Source of the DNA: a virus
Lineage: Duplodnaviria; Caudoviricetes
IMG/VR virus record: IMGVR_UViG_3300027659_000037
Span: 1 to 60,661 of that record
Strand: one strand, 5' to 3'
DNA: 60,661 bases
This document shows, piece after piece, positions 1 to 8,291 of this stretch (positions are counted from its first letter, which is position 1; the number at the start of each line of letters is the position of its first letter). Under the pieces are notes generated by a model. It was not told the origin of the DNA. It ran no database searches and saw nothing but the letters and a program-made list of their open reading frames with translations. The position numbers and the translations under genes are program-made.

Positions 1-679
1 CAAAGGTGTAGTCCCCACCGGAGTTGGGGGCAGGCCAGACGTTGATACAGGGCAGGTTCTGCGCAAAGATTGCCGCACTGGAGGTGTGCGCCGCTGCCGT
101 AGTGTAGTTCTGCCCACGGGTGCAATTTATCAGGTTGTTGCCGTCCACATTGGTGTACCCAATGGTCTCAGAGTCAATCTTGATAAACCCAGTCGTGGTT
201 AGTGCTGATGCGTTGCTGACCGCAACGGTTGTGTCTGTGCTGGTGATTGTGCTGCTTAACGTGACAGATGTTGCATTTGTCTGCGCCGTCTGACGGTTGA
301 TCCACACTTGAATTGGACGACCAGTCGTAAGTTTGTTTGGGATGGTCGAGTAGGTAGGCTCAGAGATACGGGAGATGTTGACGTCTGTCTGATTTGACGC
401 TACACCGTTGCTCTGGCGAATGACGTGGTCAAGCAAGTCAATCGTGTCTTCTGGGAGTGGGTATACCGCTTGTCCGGTAACCATAGTAATTGCGCCTTCT
501 TCCACTGTCCACAGGTTGATGCCACGGTTTGCCCACTCGATGGTGAGCAAGTTCAGCGAACGGCGTGCCGTACGAAACTCATAACCAGTACGAACCTCTA
601 AACCCGCCCGCTCATAGGCTTCCTCGATCATCTCATTGAGATCAAGGTTAAACGAATCGGAAGAGGATACGTAAGCCAT
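1..679 (-). CDS. Head-tail adaptor / tail tubular protein A-like (partial, runs off window)
   Basis: Read by hand from ATG at 679, which overlaps the upstream TAA: MAYVSSSDSFNLDLNEMIEEAYERAG...ARRSLNLLTIEWANRGINLW...YSTIPNKLTTGRPIQVW. This resembles P22 gp4-like adaptors and lies in the virion arm. Confidence 0.65.
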   Translation of the reverse strand, partial: MAYVSSSDSFNLDLNEMIEEAYERAGLEVRTGYEFRTARRSLNLLTIEWANRGINLWTVEEGAITMVTGQAVYPLPEDTIDLLDHVIRQSNGVASNQTDVNISRISEPTYSTIPNKLTTGRPIQVWINRQTAQTNATSVTLSSTITSTDTTVAVSNASALTTTGFIKIDSETIGYTNVDGNNLINCTRGQNYTTAAAHTSSAAIFAQNLPCINVWPAPNSGGDYTF

Positions 680-912
680 TATCTAAACCCTGCTGTTTTC
701 TTTGCTACGCTTTTAGGCTGAGCTACAAACTGCTTACCTGCCGCCTTACCTTTACGCTTGGCTTTGGTTGTAGCAGCATACTCTGCTGAGGACAACGACT
801 TGATAGCTGCTTCAGGTAAGTATCTCTCACCTGTTTTTGACGAAGGCTTCCCCGACTTGGTACGCCATTTCTGGTCGCCCCAATTTTTAAGAGAAGTCTG
901 CGGTGCTTTCAA
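679..912 (-). CDS. Small basic protein, DUF5872-like C-terminal half
   Basis: QTSLKNWGDQKWRTKSG...GERYLPEAA...KQFVAQP motif; translationally coupled to both neighbours. Confidence 0.6.
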   Translation of the reverse strand: MKAPQTSLKNWGDQKWRTKSGKPSSKTGERYLPEAAIKSLSSAEYAATTKAKRKGKAAGKQFVAQPKSVAKKTAGFR

Positions 913-1199
913 TCTCGGTATCCCCCGCCAGCAGCCTTGTACCGTTTAGCCATGACCTGCGCTTTTCTCGCGCTCCATTGCCCTGCGCCCGTACCTACGA
1001 TTGCCGCAGCTTTTACACTGTTGAAAATACGTTTGCGTAAATCAGGCTTGGTGTAGTTACCAGCTTCATTCACTTTGGACTTTGTTTTGCCGCCTTCGGC
1101 GTACATGGCGACTTTGTTCGGATCATCCTTGCGTTTGATCGTCTTGGCCTTTGGCATCTTAGAGGGGTTGACAGCACCCATGCCGCGACTCGACATCAT
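909..1199 (-). CDS. Small basic protein, DUF5872-like N-terminal half, with YAEGG motif
   Basis: NYTKPDLRKRI...GQWSARKAQVMAKRYKAAGGGY motif. Confidence 0.65.
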   Translation of the reverse strand: MMSSRGMGAVNPSKMPKAKTIKRKDDPNKVAMYAEGGKTKSKVNEAGNYTKPDLRKRIFNSVKAAAIVGTGAGQWSARKAQVMAKRYKAAGGGYRD

Positions 1200-1562
1200 T
1201 TAACACACCGTCCCGCGAGTCTTACCACGCTGAGCTATACCATCCGCGCGCGCAGAAGCTGTACCACCTTTGGAGAAGTTCTCAGGATAGGTTTTAGCAG
1301 CGTTGTAGGCCTTGTCTTTTTTGGTCTGCATCTTGGCATCGTCAGCTTCTTGAACCATTTGTTTTTCTTTTTGGTTTTTTTCAGCTTGAGCGGTATCAGC
1401 CCTATTTTGCGCTTTTTCCAGCCCTTTATAAGCGGTTCCAAGTACAGCGCCGGTTATTCCAGCGCCTGCAATTTTAGCGCCTACTCCACTTCCGCCACCG
1501 CCGCCACGACCGCCGCCCTCAAGCGGCTGATCGTCCATCCCGTGCCTTGTATGTCTTCCCAT
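1200..1562 (-). CDS. Tagged small virion-cluster protein (DDQPLEGGG leader and C-terminal RADGIAQRGKTRG tag)
   Basis: Shares terminal motifs with 2793-3221 and 11073-11576. Confidence 0.8.
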   Translation of the reverse strand: MGRHTRHGMDDQPLEGGGRGGGGGSGVGAKIAGAGITGAVLGTAYKGLEKAQNRADTAQAEKNQKEKQMVQEADDAKMQTKKDKAYNAAKTYPENFSKGGTASARADGIAQRGKTRGTVC

Positions 1563-1565
1563 GAT

Positions 1566-2210
1566 TTAGCACATCTTTCCGCGAGTCTTACCGCGCTGAG
1601 CAATACCGTCACCACGACTGGAAGCCATACTGCTAGAAGCCATCTTCTTGACCGCGCCACCATGCTTCATTCCCGTTGCCGTCTGAACTTTGCCGCTTAA
1701 ATCACGGTATGTTTTGCCTTTATTTTCATCCGCTTTACGCATCGCCGGGCTGACGTAAGGTTTATTTGCATAATCCACAATGGCGGTTCCTACATCAGAC
1801 GCAGCTTTTTTTATCATGCGTTCATTTTCTTCACTTTTGCGACCTTGTTCGCCAAGATTAGGCTCTGAAGTTTCTTTGGGGGCAGGCGCGTCGGTTGCTT
1901 TTTTAATGTTACTGCTTAACCCAAACAAATCCGTAATATTTTTTGATCTATACGGTTTGTTTTCAACTTTTTCTTCGACTGCGGCTTTGCCAGCATTAGC
2001 TTCGGCTTTTTCTTCTTCGTCTTGATGAGCTTTTTGATTGGCTAGACCTTTAGCCTCTAAAGCTTTCATATCAACTTTTGAAGATGCTTTACTGGCGGGG
2101 GCAGAATCATCCTTCATTTTGGTGTTGTACTTCTTACCGCCAAATTCAAATTCTGTGTTGCCTGCTTCGCGGGCTGCACGGAATGCTTTACCAAATGCAC
2201 TTGTTGCCAT
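1566..2210 (-). CDS. Tagged virion-cluster protein (C-terminal RGDGIAQRGKTRG tag)
   Basis: AGGAG RBS; N-terminal FGKAFRAAREAG..FEFGGKKYNTK; ends MKHGG...SSRGDGIAQRGKTRGKMC. Confidence 0.8.
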   Translation of the reverse strand: MATSAFGKAFRAAREAGNTEFEFGGKKYNTKMKDDSAPASKASSKVDMKALEAKGLANQKAHQDEEEKAEANAGKAAVEEKVENKPYRSKNITDLFGLSSNIKKATDAPAPKETSEPNLGEQGRKSEENERMIKKAASDVGTAIVDYANKPYVSPAMRKADENKGKTYRDLSGKVQTATGMKHGGAVKKMASSSMASSRGDGIAQRGKTRGKMC

Positions 2211-2219
2211 GATTACTCC

Positions 2220-2615
2220 TTAGCAGGCTTTGCCGCCCATTTTCATCTTAACCATTTTTGCCTTGGTTTTGCCTTTAGAAGCAACGCCGTCAGCCGCTTT
2301 ATGACCAGCAGCCATGCCGCCTTTTTTCATCATGCCCATACCACCAGCAGGAGGGCGGGGGGCAGCGGGGGCAGCGCCCATAGCGCCCATAGCGCCTCTA
2401 CCAGCACCCATACCGCGTTTTTTGGCAGCCATAGCAGCCATCATCTTGGGATCCATTCTTGTAGCCATCTCGCCACCTCTTTTAAAAGTTTTGCCTTTAT
2501 CGGCGTTTGAAAAATCTTTGCCCACAGACTGTGGGACTCCGGCTTTCTTGGCAAACGCTGGATTATGGGCCACCGCTTCCATGAATCTGTGTTGCTTGGC
2601 GCTACTACTCGGCAT
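2220..2615 (-). CDS. Met/Gly/Lys-rich basic protein with a degenerate C-terminal tag
   Basis: MPSSSAKQHRFMEAVAHNP N-terminus; FKRGG, MKKGG, AADGVASKGKTKAKMV, MKMGGKAC. Confidence 0.75.
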   Translation of the reverse strand: MPSSSAKQHRFMEAVAHNPAFAKKAGVPQSVGKDFSNADKGKTFKRGGEMATRMDPKMMAAMAAKKRGMGAGRGAMGAMGAAPAAPRPPAGGMGMMKKGGMAAGHKAADGVASKGKTKAKMVKMKMGGKAC

Positions 2616-2796
2616 CGTCTTTCTTGCGATTCAACAATTTCTTCATAGTCTCGGTTTCGTAGATGCGGATTGCCACCCAAACAATACTGAGCAGTGCTGA
2701 GACAGCGGGTAAGAATTCCACAAGCGTTCCTATGACGGTGATAAGTGATACGCCATCAAGGGCATACTTTAGAGTTTCTTGGTTTTGTTCATTCAT
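2605..2796 (-). CDS. Small membrane protein (holin-like topology)
   Basis: 63 aa, long hydrophobic stretch and charged C-terminal tail; overlaps both neighbours. Confidence 0.6.
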   Translation of the reverse strand: MNEQNQETLKYALDGVSLITVIGTLVEFLPAVSALLSIVWVAIRIYETETMKKLLNRKKDDAE

Positions 2797-3221
2797 ACAA
2801 ACCTACCTTTTGTTTTGCCTTTGACAGCGCAGCCGTCAGCACGGGCTGAAGCCGTTCCCCCTTTAGCCATGCCTTTACCGGAAATGATTTCACCCATTCC
2901 AGCACGAGAAGGAGTTTTATCGTCTTTTTTATCCCCAGAGTCATCACTGACGGCGGTTTTTATACCCGCTGCGGCAGCACCAGCACCTGCTGCACGAACA
3001 CCTGTTCGGGCCGCTGCTCGATCTTGGGCATCTTCAGTCACCTTCTTAGCGCTACCACGTAAGTGTGAGGTGTCTTGATTGATTTTTTTGAGATCGCCCA
3101 TTGTGCTGGAACTACCTCTCAAAGAAGGCATCTTGCTGTACTTGGTTCCGCTGATGCTTGCGCCTGCGCCGCCGCCCTCAAGTATTTGGTCATCGGTTGG
3201 TTTCTTGCCAATTTTTGCCAT
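2793..3221 (-). CDS. Tagged small virion-cluster protein (DDQILEGGG leader and C-terminal RADGCAVKGKTKG tag)
   Basis: GAGG RBS; shared terminal motifs. Confidence 0.8.
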   Translation of the reverse strand: MAKIGKKPTDDQILEGGGAGASISGTKYSKMPSLRGSSSTMGDLKKINQDTSHLRGSAKKVTEDAQDRAAARTGVRAAGAGAAAAGIKTAVSDDSGDKKDDKTPSRAGMGEIISGKGMAKGGTASARADGCAVKGKTKGRFV

Positions 3222-3228
3222 GATTACC

Positions 3229-3483
3229 TCAACACTTCCATCTTGCTAAAGAAGCCGCCTTGCGGGTAGGCTTGCCTTTTTCATCTTTCATCGGGCCGGG
3301 CATACCAGACATACGTGCACAGAAAGAATCCTTGCGCTTGCCGCCTCCGGGCTGTGGAGCCTTCAAGTTGCTTCCTGTTGCTGCGTTGTACTTGGCACGG
3401 CCTTTGGCAGTCAAGCCCGCCCCCTTGGAAGCGGGTAGTTTTTCACCACGACCAATTGCAAGGGAGGGAGTTTTTTTAGCCAT
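3229..3483 (-). CDS. Small basic phage protein (DUF6321-like)
   Basis: GLTAKGRAKYN...NLKAPQP...SFCARMSG...LARWKC motif. Confidence 0.6.
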   Translation of the reverse strand: MAKKTPSLAIGRGEKLPASKGAGLTAKGRAKYNAATGSNLKAPQPGGGKRKDSFCARMSGMPGPMKDEKGKPTRKAASLARWKC

Positions 3484-3778
3484 AGAACACCGAGAGGCTG
3501 GTTAACGAGCCAACGCTCAGCGTCAAATACAAACCTGTACTTGCCAAAATACCTTCGCCGGGGACGAGGACATACGTAGAGTTGGCTACGGTTTGACTTG
3601 TAATGTCCATTGTGAACAAAACCTCGCCCGAGGCGCTACCGTCACGAATTTCAAATGTGCACGCGGTACTTATAGCAGGTGTAACAACAAAACCTTTGAG
3701 TCGTGTACGACCTGCGTAATACGACCCAGCGGTACTGCGGTGCGCTGACTTAACGTCTGTTTGCATTGCCATAATCAA
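3476..3778 (-). CDS. Putative virion structural protein
   Basis: Beta-rich, 100 aa; AGGAG RBS suggests the start is Met3 (about 3772); downstream of MCP. Confidence 0.55.
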   Translation of the reverse strand: MIMAMQTDVKSAHRSTAGSYYAGRTRLKGFVVTPAISTACTFEIRDGSASGEVLFTMDITSQTVANSTYVLVPGEGILASTGLYLTLSVGSLTSLSVFYG

Positions 3779-3815
3779 TCTCCTTTAGAACAGGGGCCAA
3801 AGCCCCTTAGATCAA

Positions 3816-4307
3816 TTATTGTTGAGTGGCGGTTGGGTTTGCAGAACCGTCAGAGTCTTTGACGACATACGTCAAGGTCAATATGCCAGCACCAGATGTG
3901 GCGGTGACGTTGGCCTGTGTAAACGTGATGATTGCGTCTGACGTACCTACGTTGTTACACAGCACAGCGGCGGCGGCAGAGTTATTGCCCAGCAAAATAT
4001 TTACGATGCCAGTGTTTGTAAATACGCTTCCGTTTGCGGCTGTATTAATTGCAACAGCATTAGCGAAGAGTGCGTATGTAGGAGTTGTTGTTGCATATGC
4101 AACAGTGGTGTTAAACGCCGCAGAAAGAATCTGTGAGCCTGCGGGAATCGTGAAGGCAACCGTAGCTGCTGTAATGTCCGTGTACAAAATGTCTTTAGAC
4201 TGCGATACGACTGTCGCGCCCAAATTGCGGATAGTGCCAGCGGTAGAGCCGGTGGTGTTTTTAACAGTGCCCAACAACCAAGGGCCAAGGTGAGTTGCGA
4301 ATCCCAT
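3816..4307 (-). CDS. Putative capsid-associated structural protein
   Basis: Thr/Ala-rich beta protein directly after MCP; GGAG RBS. Confidence 0.55.
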   Translation of the reverse strand: MGFATHLGPWLLGTVKNTTGSTAGTIRNLGATVVSQSKDILYTDITAATVAFTIPAGSQILSAAFNTTVAYATTTPTYALFANAVAINTAANGSVFTNTGIVNILLGNNSAAAAVLCNNVGTSDAIITFTQANVTATSGAGILTLTYVVKDSDGSANPTATQQ

Positions 4308-4315
4308 AAGAATAT

Positions 4316-4386
4316 CTCCATGCGTTATAGCGTATCAATCTTGCATGTCAGTCAGCCGGGACTGTTTGATACGCCGGGTTTCCCGG
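4316..4386 (-). ncRNA. Candidate structured leader RNA with a pseudoknot onto the RBS
   Basis: 9-bp stem 4330-4338/4366-4374, inner 5-bp stem 4349-4353/4360-4364, hairpin 4374-4386; CAUGC (4347-4343) is complementary to GCAUG (4323-4319), which abuts GGAG. Confidence 0.4.
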
Positions 4387-4405
4387 AATGTCTTCAATAT
4401 ACATC

Positions 4406-4436
4406 AAAAGAAAAGGAGGCACAAGGCCTCCTTTTC
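4406..4436 (-). terminator. Rho-independent terminator after MCP
   Basis: 11-bp stem GAAAAGGAGGC/GCCTCCTTTTC followed by a T run on the minus strand. Confidence 0.75.
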
Positions 4437-4443
4437 AGTCTTT

Positions 4444-5355
4444 TTAGGACGAACCGGGGGAACCAAACATTCCCAACGGATCAGACCAGCCGAACGAATA
4501 ACGCTCGCGGGACTTGTAACGCACGTTACCGGTGTCAAAGTCGCCGTCCATGCTGTTAGACAGCGGAGTACGGACAAAGTGCTTCATACCGTTAGGCACG
4601 TCAGTAGTCAGATACCAACCATTGTTGTCGGTCAAGAAGTGGTTCTGTGTGTATCCCTCAGGGATAGAACCGTTATTCTTCAGAGCATTGATATCGTTGT
4701 CGGTAGTGCCAACACGCAGGCTGGTTTCCAACAGGCGGGTAGCCACGAATTGCAATGCAGGGGGAATAATTAACTTCTTAGGCTTAGCAGCGATCAACAG
4801 GCCACGCTCGTCTGTCCAAGCAGCGATCTGAATAACAGCGTTTTCCAACGAAGTTTCATTCAAGTCAGCAGCAGTAGCAGGACGGTTGGAGTTAGTGCCA
4901 CCGTTAATCAGCGGGTGAGCAGTGCTGAACAGAGCAACGCCATCACCACCGGTATAAGCGGCAGAGAAACCATTGTTCAAAACAGCAGCAGATTTAACCT
5001 GCTTGGTGTAGGACATAGCGCGAGCCAGACCTTTGGTGTAGCGAGCAGACAAGCTGTCGTACAAGTTGTCCTCAATGGCCTCTTCGGTCAATGAGAAACC
5101 CAAAGCAATGGTTTCGTGGTTATATCGAGCAGTCCATGCTTCCTGTGCATTGTCGTAAGCGATGGCGGAGCCTTCACTCTTAACAGGAGCAGCAGAGAAA
5201 CCAGACAGTTTAGTCTCTTCTTCAAAAGAACGCTCTGAAGTTTCGGTTTCATAAATTTCTTTATGCTCCTCGCCGTAGCGAGAATATTCCAAACCAAACA
5301 AAGCATTCAAACCGGGAAGGAGTTCCTTCAGTAGTTGCGCGCGTGAAATAGCCAT
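4444..5355 (-). CDS. Major capsid protein
   Basis: MAISRAQLLKELLPGLNALFG...GDFDTGNVRYKSRERYSFGWSDP, a recognisable phage MCP family; AAGGAG RBS; follows the scaffold. Confidence 0.9.
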   Translation of the reverse strand: MAISRAQLLKELLPGLNALFGLEYSRYGEEHKEIYETETSERSFEEETKLSGFSAAPVKSEGSAIAYDNAQEAWTARYNHETIALGFSLTEEAIEDNLYDSLSARYTKGLARAMSYTKQVKSAAVLNNGFSAAYTGGDGVALFSTAHPLINGGTNSNRPATAADLNETSLENAVIQIAAWTDERGLLIAAKPKKLIIPPALQFVATRLLETSLRVGTTDNDINALKNNGSIPEGYTQNHFLTDNNGWYLTTDVPNGMKHFVRTPLSNSMDGDFDTGNVRYKSRERYSFGWSDPLGMFGSPGSS

Positions 5356-5366
5356 GATTTAGCTCC

Positions 5367-6209
5367 TTATGCACCAGTGGCAGAGTAGTAACCGTGCAGT
5401 GCTTGGTTAAATTTAACCAATACTTCAGGAAACTGGGTGAACACAATAGTGGATGAGCTAGGAATAGCTGTAACACTGCCGGGGACTGCAATCGCAGCGT
5501 TAATCGTAACTGATGTCGCAGCGGCTGACGCAGCGGCGGTTACAAAAGAACCTGTTTGAATGATTTGCCCATTTGCTGCAACGTAGGATACATCTGTTCC
5601 AATAGGGATTGCGCTAGGCAAGCCAGAACCTGTTAAGGTAATTGTTGTAGAAGATGAAGAGCCGGTTGCAGTCGTAGTAATAGCAGACTCATGTATCAAG
5701 CCAACCAAACGCAAAGGTAAGGTGGTTGTTACTGGAGTTGCCGTAGGAGCTAAAACTGCGTTAGCAGAATTACCAGTGGTTGTGCTACCTGTATTGTTAA
5801 TGGCGGACAGGTTGGTACCAATCATAGCCATAGCAGCGGAAGCAATAACAGTAGTGGCGGAACATACAGCAGCCTTAAACACAGCATCAGGATCGTCCAA
5901 CACATAGGCTTCACAGTCACCTGCAAGAGTTCCTGAAGGCCAGTATTGGTTGAATTGCTTTTGCTTAGTTAAAGGATTGGTGAAAGTACAACCCAAGAAA
6001 ATACCAACCGTTTGGTTTAAACCAGTGCCAGTAGAAACTGAGGCACGAGTTACAGAACCACGCGATAGTACGACGAAATCACCGTAAAAGATGTCGGTCG
6101 CATAACCGTACTGGATGGGGTACATACGGGTAGAACCCGCAAATACTTGACCACCAATTAGGTTCTGCGGCAACAGCCCGTACGGAGCTGATACAGCGGG
6201 ATAAGCCAT
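5367..6209 (-). CDS. Capsid decoration/minor capsid protein
   Basis: APYGLLP...IFYGDFV...VGIFLGC...VLDDPDAVF motif typical of the gene preceding this MCP type. Confidence 0.6.
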   Translation of the reverse strand: MAYPAVSAPYGLLPQNLIGGQVFAGSTRMYPIQYGYATDIFYGDFVVLSRGSVTRASVSTGTGLNQTVGIFLGCTFTNPLTKQKQFNQYWPSGTLAGDCEAYVLDDPDAVFKAAVCSATTVIASAAMAMIGTNLSAINNTGSTTTGNSANAVLAPTATPVTTTLPLRLVGLIHESAITTTATGSSSSTTITLTGSGLPSAIPIGTDVSYVAANGQIIQTGSFVTAAASAAATSVTINAAIAVPGSVTAIPSSSTIVFTQFPEVLVKFNQALHGYYSATGA

Positions 6210-6228
6210 TTAAGGACTCCTTGAAAAT

Positions 6229-6696
6229 TTAAGTACCTTTGCCAAAGCTTGTCGAAGACTTGTTCTCTCTAAAGAGCGGCATCCTCGGATCACTTTGACG
6301 CATTAGGCTATTGTCTACAGCTTCCGCTTGAGCTTTTGTGAACTTCGTAACGTAATCCTCACGTTGCTCCATAAACTCAGACGGGCACTTGCAAAGCAAC
6401 AGCCCACCAATTTCGATATTATTTTTAAATCGACTATCGGGGTCGATTAAGAACTGGAACTTGGGTTGTTCTTCAATTGCGACTGGCTCCCAACCTTCCC
6501 GGAACTTGCCGGAAATGTTTCGTTGGTCTACCTTGTCCAAAGTAGAAACCCTTACCCATCTGTACGCATATCCCGGCTGTTTATCAGGCTCAGGAAGGAG
6601 ATCCGCTTGCTGCCACTGTTTAGGGCGCTCTTGCGTAGCTCTGCTCTGCATTTCACGCGACAATCTGTTTTCTGCTACTTTTACGTCTGTTGCCAT
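6229..6696 (-). CDS. Conserved head-module hypothetical protein
   Basis: PGYAYRWVRVS...REGWEPV...IGGLLLCK; lies between scaffold and capsid genes. Confidence 0.6.
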   Translation of the reverse strand: MATDVKVAENRLSREMQSRATQERPKQWQQADLLPEPDKQPGYAYRWVRVSTLDKVDQRNISGKFREGWEPVAIEEQPKFQFLIDPDSRFKNNIEIGGLLLCKCPSEFMEQREDYVTKFTKAQAEAVDNSLMRQSDPRMPLFRENKSSTSFGKGT

Positions 6697-6697
6697 C

Positions 6698-7672
6698 TTA
6701 GGCCTCCAATTTCATCATTTCACGGGCGTACTGCTCGTTGGTTAATCTGAGTTTTTTAGCCAAGGCAACTTGTGTCTTTGTTAGCACGACCTGTTTGGGG
6801 GCGGTACTACGTTTAGCAGGTGCAACAACTGTGCTTGGTTTTGTACGTTGAGGTTTTTCCTCATCGTTGTTTGTAGTCGCCGCGAATTCTTCTGGGAATC
6901 TACGTCTGACTTCTTTGTCAATACTGCCGTAGTATTCGTCAGTACCTATATATCCACGTCCGTACCGTTCTGAAAGCTCTTCGTGGAATCCTTCAGCAAA
7001 TTTGCGCATCGCTAATTTGTTACGGTCTACAAACCATGGGTTGTTCGAGACCCAGTTAGCGACCTTAGGATCCATCTGCTGAGTTGCAGGCTGGTTAGTT
7101 TGGGTAGTTTGTACACGATTTTCATCAGTTTGTACAGTGGGCCTGAAATTCTTTGCTTTATCAAGCTTCATTTCTGCTCGAACTAACTCTTTCTGCGCAG
7201 CCAAAACTTTATCAGAATCTCCAGAGTCATAAGCCTCTTTGTAATTCCGTTCAGCTTTGTCAATTTCCATTTCAGCAGAACTTTGATACGTAGAAATTAA
7301 TTCTTTCTCGCCTGTTTGAATCATAGACTTGAGTCTTTTATTCTCGTCTAGAATTCGTTCAGCGACTGTCAGCGCCTCTTGTTGTTCACGCAGGGCTGAT
7401 TCTTTTGCACGCCGCTCGTCATGCCAAGCCTTTTTATATTGCTTAAACTTGACTTTTACGTTCTTTGTGTACTCTTCAGACTCATCAGCATTTTCAAGTT
7501 CTTGCTGTGTGTTTTCGTCCAAAGGGGGCGCTACAAATCTATCTTCTTGGGGTGTGTCGTCAACGATCTTTACCTCGACTTCATCCTCCTCAATAGTGAT
7601 ATTTACCTCTTGGGCATTCTTTTCTTCCTCGAGTTCATCGGGAAATCTGTATGGATCACCAAATCTTGACAT
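6698..7672 (-). CDS. Capsid scaffolding protein
   Basis: Acidic N-terminus, coiled-coil, WVSNNPWF, C-terminal LTKTQVALAKKLRLTNEQYA; position before the capsid genes. Confidence 0.7.
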   Translation of the reverse strand: MSRFGDPYRFPDELEEEKNAQEVNITIEEDEVEVKIVDDTPQEDRFVAPPLDENTQQELENADESEEYTKNVKVKFKQYKKAWHDERRAKESALREQQEALTVAERILDENKRLKSMIQTGEKELISTYQSSAEMEIDKAERNYKEAYDSGDSDKVLAAQKELVRAEMKLDKAKNFRPTVQTDENRVQTTQTNQPATQQMDPKVANWVSNNPWFVDRNKLAMRKFAEGFHEELSERYGRGYIGTDEYYGSIDKEVRRRFPEEFAATTNNDEEKPQRTKPSTVVAPAKRSTAPKQVVLTKTQVALAKKLRLTNEQYAREMMKLEA

Positions 7673-7681
7673 GTACGCTCC

Positions 7682-8092
7682 TTATTTGCGTTTGATGCCA
7701 CGGGGGTCTTCTACAACACCTTCGACTGAGTCGTCGTTGATGATGCGGAATTCGCGTCCGTGGATGAGTAGGCGTGAGCCTGCGTTGGGTCGAGTCAACA
7801 CAAAATCACCTTTTTGACACCAAGGCCCAGTCGGAAACTTTGCCTTGTCTGCGTAGCAGTCTGGGCCAAGATCGACAACGAACAAAACTGTAGTGAGCAG
7901 CTCGTCGTATCGCAGGGTCTCGTCTGCTTTGATAATCCCAATATCGCCTTCATACTCCTTCTCCTGCTCGGGGATCGCGCACAGGATTTTGTAGCCCGCA
8001 GGCTTTGGTAGTTGAGTCGCCTTCTCTTCATCTTTCTTGTGCATGATCGCTTCGAGGTTTAGCGCCAGCCCAAGATCTAAAGTTTCACTCAT
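7682..8092 (-). CDS. GroES-like co-chaperonin
   Basis: PAGYKIL...GII...VVDLGPDCY...GDFVL...AGSRLLIHGREFRIINDDSVEGVV follows the GroES pattern. Confidence 0.8.
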   Translation of the reverse strand: MSETLDLGLALNLEAIMHKKDEEKATQLPKPAGYKILCAIPEQEKEYEGDIGIIKADETLRYDELLTTVLFVVDLGPDCYADKAKFPTGPWCQKGDFVLTRPNAGSRLLIHGREFRIINDDSVEGVVEDPRGIKRK

Positions 8093-8291
8093 CTAATTTC
8101 TCCAAGTTTTTCGTCAGGTCTGTGATGTATCTACGAGCGGTGAGCAGACCTGTAATTTCCCCACACATCCCGCAGTACTCGTCGTACGACCTAGCAGCTC
8201 GCGCTCCCAAGGCATCTTCGAGTTGTTTGACTTTCTCGTCAATTTGTTTCGCTGTGAACTCCAGCGCTTGTCTTATTTCGTAGGACATCAT
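8085..8291 (-). CDS. Hypothetical protein
   Basis: 68-aa helical ORF coupled to portal and GroES. Confidence 0.6.
   Translation of the reverse strand: MMSYEIRQALEFTAKQIDEKVKQLEDALGARAARSYDEYCGMCGEITGLLTARRYITDLTKNLEKLDE

Noticed and set aside
1509-3194. LEGGG leaders as bacteriocin double-glycine leaders
   Set aside because: Spacing does not fit LSxxELxxIxGG, and no C39 peptidase/ABC exporter is present.
4340-4386. Hammerhead ribozyme (CUGACUGA and GAAA present on the minus strand)
   Set aside because: Core is not CUGANGA and the elements are not arranged around three stems correctly.
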